NCBI GenBank assembly: GCA_963524215.1
Contig: CAURDS010000001.1
Coordinates: forward strand, 99,625 to 163,624
Direction: 5' to 3'
Origin: an uncultured Candidatus Saccharimonas sp.
GTDB lineage: Bacteria; Patescibacteriota; Saccharimonadia; Saccharimonadales; Saccharimonadaceae
DNA: 64,000 nucleotides
Part shown: positions 48,578 through 58,158 of the stretch, piece by piece
Layout of the letters: every line of letters begins with the position of its first letter
Numbering within the stretch: position 1 is the stretch's first letter
Translations under genes and position numbers: made by a program
The notes under the pieces: generated by a model
What the model saw: the letters and a program-made list of their open reading frames with translations, nothing else
What the model was told of the DNA's origin: nothing
Databases searched by the model: none

Positions 48578-49571
48578 TTCGAAAATCCTTTAAAATTCCA
48601 CGAACTTCACTAACAGTCTTAGTTTCCATTAATTTTGCACGTAATTCACTCGCGCCAGCAAATTCTCGCACATAAATTTTAAAAAATCGCTTTAAAGGTT
48701 CAAAACGGCGTTTTTCAAGCTCGCGAGAATATTTTTCGAATAAATCAAGTTGAAGTTCAAGTAGGTTTAAATAATCACTTGAAGTTCGAGCTGTTTCCGG
48801 CGGATTTTTTTCAAAACAAAATGGGTTTTCGAAAACGCCACGGCCAATCATAATTCCATCAATTTTTGGGAATTTTCTCCAAAGTTCCAAGCCTTGCTCG
48901 CGAGTTTTAATGTCGCCATTAATCTGAATTAGGGTTTCTGGCGCAATTTTATCGCGTAGCTCTAAGATTTCTTGAATTAATTCAAAATGCGCTGGAACTT
49001 TACTCATTTCTTTCTTTGTTCGAAGATGAATTGTTAGAACTGCAATTTCTTGCTCAAGTAAAAATTTGAGCCAATCTCGCCACTCCTCCACTTTAGAAAA
49101 ACCGAGTCGCGTTTTTACTGAAATTGGCAAACCGCTAGCTTTTGCGTTTTTGATGATTTTGGCGGCAAGTTTAGGGTTTCGAATTAAATCACTTCCACCA
49201 CCACTTTTAATAACAGCTTTATCTGGGCAGCCCATATTGATATCGATCGCTTGATATCCAAGTTCTGGCAGTTTTTCACACATAAATTTAATATCGTCTG
49301 GTCGTGAACCCCAAATCTGAGCAATAATTGGTTGCTCATCTGGTGTGAAGGTCAATCGCCCGCATGTGCTATGGATTCCTTTTGGGCTGGCGAAGCTTGA
49401 AGAATTAGTGAATTCGGTATAAAAAATATCAGGTCGTGCCGCTTTCGAAACTACGTGTCGAAAAACTACATCAGTCACGGCTTCCATTGGCGCTAACGAG
49501 AAAAATGGTAGTTTTCTACCGTTTTCTTTGCCAGTTGATTCAATAATTTTATTCCAAAATTCACTTTTCAT
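48561..49571 (-). CDS. dus: tRNA-dihydrouridine synthase
   Basis: LAPME, DINMGCP, VKTRLG, HLRT, NGDI, MIGRG. Confidence 0.92.
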   Translation of the reverse strand: MKSEFWNKIIESTGKENGRKLPFFSLAPMEAVTDVVFRHVVSKAARPDIFYTEFTNSSSFASPKGIHSTCGRLTFTPDEQPIIAQIWGSRPDDIKFMCEKLPELGYQAIDINMGCPDKAVIKSGGGSDLIRNPKLAAKIIKNAKASGLPISVKTRLGFSKVEEWRDWLKFLLEQEIAVLTIHLRTKKEMSKVPAHFELIQEILELRDKIAPETLIQINGDIKTREQGLELWRKFPKIDGIMIGRGVFENPFCFEKNPPETARTSSDYLNLLELQLDLFEKYSRELEKRRFEPLKRFFKIYVREFAGASELRAKLMETKTVSEVRGILKDFRNATQK

Positions 49572-49634
49572 AGATAATAGTATAACACAAAAACCAACTT
49601 TCGAAAACTTAAAAAATATGATATAATTATTTTT

Positions 49635-50771
49635 ATGAAAGTTAAAATTGAAATCGATACAAAAACACTAATTCGCTTTTGGTTGGTGATTTTTGGTTTT
49701 ATTATTTTTGCAGGATTAATTTGGGTTGCAAAAGACGTTCTAATTATGATAATAATTGCGGCTTTTTTGGCTCTTGCCCTAAATGATCCAGTGGCGAGAA
49801 TCACAAAAATTCTACCCGGTTCAAATAAAAACCGTGTGGCGGCAACCGCAGTTGCATATCTTACGATTGTTCTAATTTTAGGTGCATTAATTTCTCTTCT
49901 TACACCGATTATTGCTGACCAAGTTAAACATTTTTCGAAAGATTTACCGCAAATTGTGAAAAATTATACTGGTGAGGAATCTGGAATCCGCAGATTTATT
50001 GTTGAAAACCATCTTGAAGGAATGATTTCGCAAGCAGTTGATTCAATTACGCGATCAATTAATTCTTCGGTTTCAAAGCTAGGTGACTTCTTCTTTGGAA
50101 GTATCGCTTCAATTGTTGGTTGGCTTATTTCTCTGTTTATGATTCTTGCGATGGCGTTTCTAATGCTCGTTGAAGGACCAGACTTAATAGATAAAATCTT
50201 TAAAGTTTTTTATACCGATAAAACGCTCGAAAAAGATCACCGCAGAATTCTTTCACGAATGTATGGAACAGTTTCAGGCTATGTTTCGAGCATTGTTACA
50301 ATTTGTTCAATTAGTGCAACTTGTGGTTCGATTGCGACGGCAATTTTATCGTTAATTTTTAGATTACCGATCGCTTTAGTTCCACCAATTGCAGTTTTAC
50401 TCTTCATTTTTGGAATGATTCCTATGGTTGGTGCCACAATTGCTGGGTTGCTTTCCGCCATAATTTTAGGATTAAATGCTCCAACTGCGGGATTGTTCTT
50501 CCTAATTTACTTCTTAATTTACCAGCAAGTTGAAAATAATGTAATTTCACCAATGATTCAAGCTCGAAATAATCAACTATCGGCACTAATAATTTTTGTG
50601 GCTCTTACAATCGGCGTTTATGCTTTTGGCCTACTTGGAGCGCTCCTTGCAATTCCTTTAGCGGCTTGCATAAAAATTCTTGTTCAAGAGCAATTGAAAT
50701 CTCGAAAACGCCGCACGCGTGAAGAAAACTCGGAAAAATTTGTTGAACTTCTTAAGAAAATTGGTAATTAA
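49635..50771 (+). CDS. AI-2E (UPF0118) family transporter
   Basis: IPMVGA, YQQVENNVI.P, G.LGALLAIP. Confidence 0.9.
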   Translation: MKVKIEIDTKTLIRFWLVIFGFIIFAGLIWVAKDVLIMIIIAAFLALALNDPVARITKILPGSNKNRVAATAVAYLTIVLILGALISLLTPIIADQVKHFSKDLPQIVKNYTGEESGIRRFIVENHLEGMISQAVDSITRSINSSVSKLGDFFFGSIASIVGWLISLFMILAMAFLMLVEGPDLIDKIFKVFYTDKTLEKDHRRILSRMYGTVSGYVSSIVTICSISATCGSIATAILSLIFRLPIALVPPIAVLLFIFGMIPMVGATIAGLLSAIILGLNAPTAGLFFLIYFLIYQQVENNVISPMIQARNNQLSALIIFVALTIGVYAFGLLGALLAIPLAACIKILVQEQLKSRKRRTREENSEKFVELLKKIGN

Positions 50772-50816
50772 AAAACAACTAATAAAATCAGCCCCAAATT
50801 CAAAGGCTGATTTTTA

Positions 50817-52217
50817 TTATTTATATTCCCAAAAACTCTTTTTTGGCGTATCGCGTAAAACAATATTTTTCGAAAGCAATTCATCGCGAATTTTATCGCT
50901 TTTTGCCCAATCTTTTTCAGCACGAGCGGCATTTCTTTCGATAATCTTCTGTTTAATTTCATCTGGAATATCGGGCGTTGAACCAAGCAGATTTAGCCCC
51001 AAAAGATCGTCTATAAATTCTAAAAGTTCAATTAGGTTTTGGTAATTTAGTTTTTCGGGGTTTGCTTTAATTATTTCACTAAAAACCTCATCAATTTTTG
51101 CTAAAGCTTTTGGCGTGTCGAGATTTTCATTAATTTCTTCAAGAATTGCATTTTTAGCAGCAAGGCTTGGAATTTCTCCTTCGCTTCCTTTAATTTGCCA
51201 ACGCATATTTGCAATGTTTTGCCAATTTTTGAGCCGATTCTTAGCTGCTTGCAGGCTTTCAAAATTAAAGTTGCTTTCGGTTTGATATTGGCTTTGTAAA
51301 ACAAACATTTTAAAATCTATTGGCGAAAACCCGCGAGACTTCAGTTCTTCAAGGTTAAAGCCATTACCAAGTGATTTCGAAATTTTTTGCCCTTCACTTT
51401 TCATATGATTACAATGCAGCCAATAATTCGAAAAAGTCTTACCTGTGAAAGTTTCACTTTGAGCAATCTCATCTGTGTGATGAACTGGAATATGGTCAAT
51501 TCCGCCAGTGTGAATATCGATCGTTTCATCTAAAGTATTAATCGCAATTGCCGAGCATTCTAAATGCCAACCAGGGAAACCCATCCTTCCACGAAATTCC
51601 CACTCCATGTCGCGTTTTTGGCTTTCTGGCGACCATTTCCAAAGTGCAAAATCGCTTAAATTTCGCTTTTCAGGGTTGAAATTTACACGTGCGCCAGCTT
51701 TTAAATTATCTAAGTCGAGATGTGCAAAATTGGCATAACGAGGGAATTTTGCTGTATCGAAATAAATACCATCACTGGTCTCATAAGTAAAACCTTTTTT
51801 CGAAAGTTCTTCAATAATTTTAATTTGTTCAGGAATAAAATCGGTAGCTTTCGAAAGATTATCAGGTTTAACTAAATTAAGTTCTCGCATTCCATTCAAA
51901 AATTCTGCCGTATAAAATTCAGCGACTTCCCAAGCTGTTTTTCCTTCTTGCCTTGCGCCTTTTTCTAGTTTATCTTCGCCGTCATCTTCATCGCTAACTA
52001 AATGTCCGACATCAGTAATATTCATTGTGCGAGTAACATTATAGCCGTTTAAACGCAAAGTTCGAACTAAAATATCCCAATAAATAAATGCTACCCAGTT
52101 GCCAATGTGTGGGCTGGCGTAAACTGTTGGCCCGCAAGTGTAAATTTTAACATTTTTTGGGTTTATTGGGTGAAATTCTTCAAGTTTTCGATTTGGCGTA
52201 TTGTAGAATTTTAACAT
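50817..52217 (-). CDS. cysS: Cysteinyl-tRNA synthetase
   Basis: CGPTVY, HIGN, GWHLECS, DIHTGG, KISKS. Confidence 0.97.
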   Translation of the reverse strand: MLKFYNTPNRKLEEFHPINPKNVKIYTCGPTVYASPHIGNWVAFIYWDILVRTLRLNGYNVTRTMNITDVGHLVSDEDDGEDKLEKGARQEGKTAWEVAEFYTAEFLNGMRELNLVKPDNLSKATDFIPEQIKIIEELSKKGFTYETSDGIYFDTAKFPRYANFAHLDLDNLKAGARVNFNPEKRNLSDFALWKWSPESQKRDMEWEFRGRMGFPGWHLECSAIAINTLDETIDIHTGGIDHIPVHHTDEIAQSETFTGKTFSNYWLHCNHMKSEGQKISKSLGNGFNLEELKSRGFSPIDFKMFVLQSQYQTESNFNFESLQAAKNRLKNWQNIANMRWQIKGSEGEIPSLAAKNAILEEINENLDTPKALAKIDEVFSEIIKANPEKLNYQNLIELLEFIDDLLGLNLLGSTPDIPDEIKQKIIERNAARAEKDWAKSDKIRDELLSKNIVLRDTPKKSFWEYK

Positions 52218-52300
52218 ATTGAAACTATTATATCAGATTTAGCTTTCGAAATCAAAAAGAAAAACCCGCCGAACGGGCGAGCTTTTCGAAAGGCTTAAAA

Positions 52301-53338
52301 TTAAGCAATTGGATTTTCGGTTTTAATGCTTGGGCCTTGTGAAGTTGCGATTGAAACGCTTTTCACGTAAGCACCTTTAATTAAAGATGGCTTTTGTGAA
52401 GCAAGGCTATCAAAGAATGCTTTTGCGTTTTCTTCGAGTTTTTCTGCTCCGAATGAAACTTTACCAATTGAAAGGTGAACGATTGCTTGCTTGTCTACGC
52501 GGTATTCAACTTTACCAGCTTTAGCTTCAGAAACGGCTTTAGCAACATCAGCGGCAACTGTTCCAGCTTTTGGATTTGGCATTAATCCGCGTGGGCCAAG
52601 AAGTCGTGCATATTTACCAAGTTTTGGCATATATGCTGGAGTTGCGATAAGAACATCAAAGTTCAATTCTTCTTTATCAAGTTGTTTTAAGAATTCTTCA
52701 TCACCAACAATGTTTGCGCCAGCATCTTTTGCAGTTTTGTGCTCATTTTCTGGAGCAAAAACAGCAACTTTCACATCTTTACCTGTTCCGTTTGGTAGAA
52801 TAACTGTTGAACGAATATTTTGGTCAGCTTGTCGTGGGTCAACACCAAGTCGAGCATGAATTTCAACTGAAGCGTCAAATTTAGCTGGGTTAGTTTCTGT
52901 TGCAAGTTTAAGAGCTTCGCTTAGGCTGTAAACAGTATCTTTTTCAACTTTTTTAGCAGCTTCTTGGTATTTCTTGCCGCGTCGTTCAAGGCGTGGTCGT
53001 GTAATTGGTTTTGGACCTTTTTTAACAACTACTTCAGAACCATCAAGTGGAGTTGTATCGCCAGCAGCTTTTCGAGCTTCTTTTGCTTCTTTTTCAGCAA
53101 CTTCCTCGGCGTGTTTTTTGCTTCGTTTTCCGCTTTTTGCGAATTTTTCTTCAGCAATTTCTTCGACAACTTCTTCTAGTACTTTTGCAGTTTCAACCGC
53201 CTCAACAATTTCTTCTGCAATTTCGGCAGCTTCTGCGCCTTTGATTGCTTCGTTAATTTGAGCGATTGTCATTTTTTCAGAAACTTCAAGCCCAAGAGCT
53301 TTTGCTTCTTCTATAAGATCAGCTTTTTTCTTTGCCAT
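52301..53338 (-). CDS. rplA: 50S ribosomal protein uL1 with ~110-aa N-terminal extension
   Basis: KFDASVE, LGPRGLMPNPK.GTV, SQGPS. GAAAGGA SD before ATG 53338. Confidence 0.93.
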   Translation of the reverse strand: MAKKKADLIEEAKALGLEVSEKMTIAQINEAIKGAEAAEIAEEIVEAVETAKVLEEVVEEIAEEKFAKSGKRSKKHAEEVAEKEAKEARKAAGDTTPLDGSEVVVKKGPKPITRPRLERRGKKYQEAAKKVEKDTVYSLSEALKLATETNPAKFDASVEIHARLGVDPRQADQNIRSTVILPNGTGKDVKVAVFAPENEHKTAKDAGANIVGDEEFLKQLDKEELNFDVLIATPAYMPKLGKYARLLGPRGLMPNPKAGTVAADVAKAVSEAKAGKVEYRVDKQAIVHLSIGKVSFGAEKLEENAKAFFDSLASQKPSLIKGAYVKSVSIATSQGPSIKTENPIA

Positions 53339-53352
53339 TTTCTTATCCTTTC

Positions 53353-53382
53353 TGTGGTAATAACGGCTTGCGCCTCCCAACA
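53353..53382 (-). promoter_or_regulatory. uL1-binding autoregulatory leader
   Basis: TGTTGGGAGGC-GCAA-GCCGTTATTACCACA just before the SD resembles the GUGGGAGG...CCG.UA..ACCAC L1 site. TTGACT-17-TATAAT promoter upstream. Confidence 0.7.
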
Positions 53383-53431
53383 TTGATTATTAACCTTTTA
53401 ATTATAACAATTTTTTGAGAAAAAGTCAAAA

Positions 53432-55438
53432 CTAAATTTTATTGCTAGAAAGAGTTTTGTTTTTGTTAGAGTTCATTTTAACGTAATATGCCAATAAGCT
53501 TATAACACTAAAAATTAAACCGAAAATAATTAAACTAAAGATGGAGCTTTCAAAAATTGGTTGAGATAATCCGCCTAATATTGCTTGTCTGAAAGCGGTT
53601 AGCGAATAGTAAAGCGGCATAAATGGCGCCATGTTTTGAAAAATTTGAGGTGTTGTCGCAATTGGGAACATTCCTCCGCTACTTGCAAGCTGTAAAATCA
53701 TAAAAACTATTGAGGCAAACTGACCAACTCTGCCAAAAGTAAACATTAATGCATGAACAATCAAAAGAAATGAAAATGCCGAAACATAAGAATTCAAAAC
53801 AAAAGAATTTATATCCGCAGGCGAAATGTTGAATATCCCACTAAAAATAATTGTGAGAACTAAAGTTTCAGCTCCAGCAAAGCCAGCCATAATCCCTGCC
53901 CTTGAAAGCCACCATCTAAACGCTGAACGGTTCTTTTTTGGTTTATTTTGTATTGGAAACACAATATTAAACGAAATCGCCCCAACAAACAAACCTAATG
54001 CGATGAAATATGGAGCCATTGCTTTTCCGTATGTTGCATCTCCAGAATTATTTGAAATTTCACTTTTAACAGGTGTTGCGATATTTTTAGCAGACTCATC
54101 TGAGAAATTGATTTTCGAAAGTTTTTCTGCGCCAGATGAAAGTTGCGAAGTTAATAGATTTGAACCATCTTGTAGTTTTGCAGCGCCGGAATTTAGCGTG
54201 CTTATTCCTGAATTTAAAGTATTGATTCCGCCCAAAAGTTGAGCCGTGCTTTCAGGGATTTTTTGTTCATTAGTGTTGAATTCGTTCATTTTTGTCGAGA
54301 AGGCTGCAGCTCCAGTTGAAAGCTGTTTTTCACCCGCTAGAATCAAATTATGCGAATTTTGTATTTTGCGTGAAGTTTGCGCCAAACTTTGTGCGGCAGG
54401 AACAATTTTTTGCGAAAATAGCGCTTGTAAGTTTTGCGATTTTTTAGCATTTTTTTGGGCATCAGCGGTAATACTTTTTGCCGAAACCGCCAACTCGTCG
54501 GCAAGATTTTTAATATTCTGATCGTTAGTTCGTTCAGCCAAAATGTGCATTTTTGCCACTTTTTGATTTAATTCCAATAAGTGTTCACTTTGATTTTTTG
54601 CGTCAGAATTATCGCTTATTGCAGAGTTTAATGTGCTTAAACTATTCGAAAATTCTTCACTTTTGGCTGAAAAATCTTGCAATCCCTTTTATAAGTTTTC
54701 GCTATTTTGGCTTAAAAGATTGGTTTTGTTTGAAATTTCAGTTGCACTAAAAGCAAGTTTATTGCTCGCTTTGGCTATTTTCTGGTTTGCTGAATTTAAT
54801 TTTTCTGCGCCATTTTTTAGTTTTATAGCTCCAGAATTTGCCGAATTTAAACCATTCTCTAAACTGCCAATCCCGTTTGAGATTTGTTCTGAACCGTTCG
54901 CTGCTTTCGAAAAACCGTTTTGAATATTTGAAAGTTGAGAAAGTAAAATCTTACTGTAGTTTTCACTAATTTGCGCTCGAACCTGTTCGCTCAGTTTTTG
55001 TGCGGCGTTGGTTGAAATCACTTCACCAGATTTACTTTTCGAAACATTTGTCTTAAATGAAATATTTACTTTTTGTGGATTTTCTCCCAAAAAACTAACT
55101 GAATTTTTCGAAAAATCTTTTGGAATATATACAATCATGAAAGTGTCGCCATCGGTCAAATCTTTCTCGGCTGTTTTTGAATCCGTAAACTGCCAGTTTA
55201 GAGCTCTTGATTGCTTAAGGTTTTTACTAATTTTGTTGCCAAGTTCAATATTTTGACCATTAAAAATGACAGGTTCATCTTCGTTTACTACTGATATCTT
55301 TAGATTTTCGATTTTTGAATAAGGATCCCAGATTGACGCCAAAAAAGTTCCAGCATAAATAACAGGAATAAAACTTACTATAAATAAAGTGGCTAGAAGC
55401 ACACGATTTTGCTTTATTTTTCTAAAATATTTCTTCAT
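53432..55438 (-). pseudogene. YhgE/Pip family membrane protein interrupted by an in-frame TAA at 54689-54691
   Basis: WDPY...VVNED N-terminus, coiled-coil repeats, YG..MAPYF and QL.SSGG.FP C-terminus. The two tracked ORFs are in the same frame. Confidence 0.8.
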
Positions 55439-55456
55439 CTTCCTCCTAATAAAATA

Positions 55457-55510
55457 GTTGTATTTGTCAATGATTACTCTATTGTATAAAATATTATTGT
55501 AAAAGTCAAC
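55457..55510. promoter_or_regulatory. Two candidate MarR operators (TTGTA-N3-GTCAA)
   Basis: GTTGTATTTGTCAAT (55457-55471) and ATTGTAAAAGTCAAC (55496-55510) between the divergent yhgE and marR genes. Confidence 0.55.
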
Positions 55511-55531
55511 AATATTTGGTATACTTATTTT

Positions 55532-55957
55532 ATGGAAGAAAAGATTCTTGATTTATTACAAAAAATTAATACAATTTATCGCTCGGCACAAAAATATGCA
55601 ACACGCGAGCTTTCGAAAAATGATATTTCGGCTATTGAGGCTGCAATTTTAACCAAAATTTATAATTCTTCTGCTCCGCAAGATGAAATCTCTAAAGAAA
55701 TTGGTGTTGATAAGGCCTATATTTCGCGAGTTTTAGCTAAAATGGAAGAGAAAAAATTAATTTTAAAGAAAAACTCACAGAAAGATAAGCGAATTCGGGA
55801 AATTGAAATTACAAAACTTGGTAAAGAAAAATTAAAGATTCGGCAGCAAATACTAGTTGAATGGTGTGAAGAAACCTTTGGCAATATTTCTTTAAAAGAA
55901 TTAAATCTATTAACTGAAGCGATTGAGATAATTTCAAATAAAGCAAGTGAAAATTAA
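55532..55957 (+). CDS. MarR family regulator
   Basis: Q.EI....VDK..ISR.L..ME, DKR...I.IT..G. Confidence 0.9.
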   Translation: MEEKILDLLQKINTIYRSAQKYATRELSKNDISAIEAAILTKIYNSSAPQDEISKEIGVDKAYISRVLAKMEEKKLILKKNSQKDKRIREIEITKLGKEKLKIRQQILVEWCEETFGNISLKELNLLTEAIEIISNKASEN

Positions 55958-56029
55958 AAAACTGAGAACAGCATTTGTTTTAAAACTGTAATTGACTTTT
56001 TGGGCTAGATTTGGTAAAATTAAAACACT

Positions 56030-56104
56030 GGCCTCATCGTCTAACGGTTAGGACACAAGGTTCTCATCCTTGCAATCGGGGTTCAATTCCCCGTGAGGTC
56101 ACCA
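56030..56104 (+). tRNA. tRNA-Glu (CTC)
   Basis: Cloverleaf, anticodon arm CAAGG-TTCTCAT-CCTTG, GTTCAA T-loop, CCA end; TTGACT-17-TAAAAT promoter. Confidence 0.95.
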
Positions 56105-56185
56105 TTTTTTGAAATAATTAGTCTATTTTGGCAACTAGCAGACTTTAAAATAACCTTACAGATTATAGTTCCGTAAGGTTATTTT

Positions 56186-57169
56186 TTACATATTTAGAAA
56201 AATTTTATCACAGCAAGTAATGAGTTCATGTAAGATTTTGTCGTATTTTTCATAAATTCGAAAACCTGCGGCATAAGCGTGACCGCCGCCACCAAAATAG
56301 CCTGCAATATCCGCAGCAATTGGTGAATTTGTCCGAACTTTCCCTGTTAATTTACCGTCTGGGTAGGTTTTTATAGCCACGCAAGCCTCTACACCTTCAA
56401 CCATTCGCATTTCATCAATCACCAAAACACTTGGGTTATACTTATCAGAGTATTCTTTAATCTCGCTCCATGGAATATGTACAACTGCCAATTTTCCATC
56501 TAAAAAATATTCAATTCGCTGGATTAGTCCTCCCTTATATTTTAAAATTTCAGGTGCTTTTTTTGAAAGTTCACGGCGATCCTCTTCAAGCTTGGCTGAA
56601 TTTGCGCCAAGTTTTATTAATTCGCCCGCAACTTCAAAAGTTCTGGCTGAAGTATTGCTTGTTGAAAGACCAAGCGTGTCGCTAAAAATCGCCCCAAGTA
56701 AATTTTGTGCGGCATTTTCGTTAATTTTCCAGTGATTTGCTTTTGCAATTTCGAAAATTAATTCACCTGCCGAGCTAGCCTCTTCTAAAAATAATTCGTG
56801 TTTAAAAAACAAATCTGGTGTTGCATCGGTGTGGTGGTCAATAACTAAAACTGGCGTTTTTTCAAGCAAGTTTTTATAAAGCGGGTCCTCAATTATTTTT
56901 GATAGTAGAATACTGCTGGTTGTATCAACAATAATAAAAAGGTCAAATTTTTCATAAATTGAACTCTCCACTCTATCCCAGCCCTTAAAATATCGCAAAT
57001 ATTTAGGGATATCAACTGGACAGAAAAGTTTAACTTTTTTACCCAACTCGCCTAAAATTTCTTCCAATCCTAGAGCCGACCCTAAACTATCGCCATCAGG
57101 GTTTTCAGCCTGAATAACGCAAATTTTTTCTGCATTTTCAACTAATTTTTTGGTATTTTCGAAATTCAT
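56186..57169 (-). CDS. DHH family phosphoesterase (NrnA-like)
   Basis: PDGDSLGS, VD, IDHH, DT, GGGH..AAG. Confidence 0.92.
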   Translation of the reverse strand: MNFENTKKLVENAEKICVIQAENPDGDSLGSALGLEEILGELGKKVKLFCPVDIPKYLRYFKGWDRVESSIYEKFDLFIIVDTTSSILLSKIIEDPLYKNLLEKTPVLVIDHHTDATPDLFFKHELFLEEASSAGELIFEIAKANHWKINENAAQNLLGAIFSDTLGLSTSNTSARTFEVAGELIKLGANSAKLEEDRRELSKKAPEILKYKGGLIQRIEYFLDGKLAVVHIPWSEIKEYSDKYNPSVLVIDEMRMVEGVEACVAIKTYPDGKLTGKVRTNSPIAADIAGYFGGGGHAYAAGFRIYEKYDKILHELITCCDKIFLNM

Positions 57170-57786
57170 TAAATTACCTTTCGTCCCTCTAAAGCATGAC
57201 TTAAAGTTATCTGGTCGGCATACCCTAAGTCAACGCCTACTGGTAGACCACGCGCAAGTCGTGAAATTACTAAGTTTTCGAAGCCTTTTTCGCGTAAATA
57301 GTTCTGAATATAAAGTGCTGTACTTTCGCCTTCAACGCTAGCGTTTGTTGCAATAATTATCTCTTGAACCTCGTCTTTTAAAATTCTTTCAGCAAGCTCG
57401 CGAATATGTAATTGATCGGGTGTAACTCCGTTAATTGGCGAAATAACTCCGCCTAAAACATGGTAGGTTCCGTTAAAATGATTTGTTTTTTCAAGGGCGA
57501 TAATATCTAGCGGCTCCTCAACGACCGCAATTAGTTTTTTATTGCGAGTTTCATCAGTATAAAGTGGTGAAATTTCTTCGTCTTTTGAAATTAATGCAAA
57601 AGTTATAGGGCAACTTTTAACATTTTTATGCAAATTTAAAAGACTATCGGCAATTTTTTCACTTATAGTAGCATTATTTTTTAGTAAATAGTAAGCATAG
57701 CGTTCGGCTGTTCGCGAGCCAACGCCAGGGAGCTTGCCGAGATTTTCAATAGTTTCAGTTAATGCTTGGGGCAGAATTTGTGACAT
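57169..57786 (-). CDS. recR: Recombination mediator RecR
   Basis: LPGVG.RTAER, YHVLGG, EGESTA, RLARGLPVG. Confidence 0.93.
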   Translation of the reverse strand: MSQILPQALTETIENLGKLPGVGSRTAERYAYYLLKNNATISEKIADSLLNLHKNVKSCPITFALISKDEEISPLYTDETRNKKLIAVVEEPLDIIALEKTNHFNGTYHVLGGVISPINGVTPDQLHIRELAERILKDEVQEIIIATNASVEGESTALYIQNYLREKGFENLVISRLARGLPVGVDLGYADQITLSHALEGRKVI

Positions 57787-57804
57787 TTTTCTCTTTCGAA
57801 AAGA

Positions 57805-58101
57805 TTAAAATCCCAAGTTTCCCAAACCGCCCATTAAAGGTTGCATTTTTTCAGCTGCAACTTTTTGAGCTTCTTCTAAGCCATCACGAATCGCAATTTG
57901 AATCCAATGCTCAAGTTCTTCGGTGTCTTCAAAATCAATCAATTCTGGGTTGAGTTTTACACTTTTCACTTTTAACTCACCGGTAAACTGAATTACAACT
58001 GCACCCTCACCAGCTTCAACTTCAATAATTTCTTTTTTAAGTTCTTTTTGCGCTTTCTGTAGTTCGCGCACCATTTTCATTTGGTCTTTAATTCCTGCCA
58101 T
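57805..58101 (-). CDS. YbaB/EbfC nucleoid-associated protein
   Basis: Size, motif and position upstream of recR. Confidence 0.88.
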   Translation of the reverse strand: MAGIKDQMKMVRELQKAQKELKKEIIEVEAGEGAVVIQFTGELKVKSVKLNPELIDFEDTEELEHWIQIAIRDGLEEAQKVAAEKMQPLMGGLGNLGF

Positions 58102-58158
58102 AATTCCTCCATTTAAAATAATTTACTCTTCTAATTTTATCAAAAAAATGCTTGAAAA

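Noticed and set aside
54689..54691. Stop-codon recoding as the explanation for the split yhgE
   Set aside because: TAA, TAG and TGA all end ordinary genes in this window; no sign of an alternative code.
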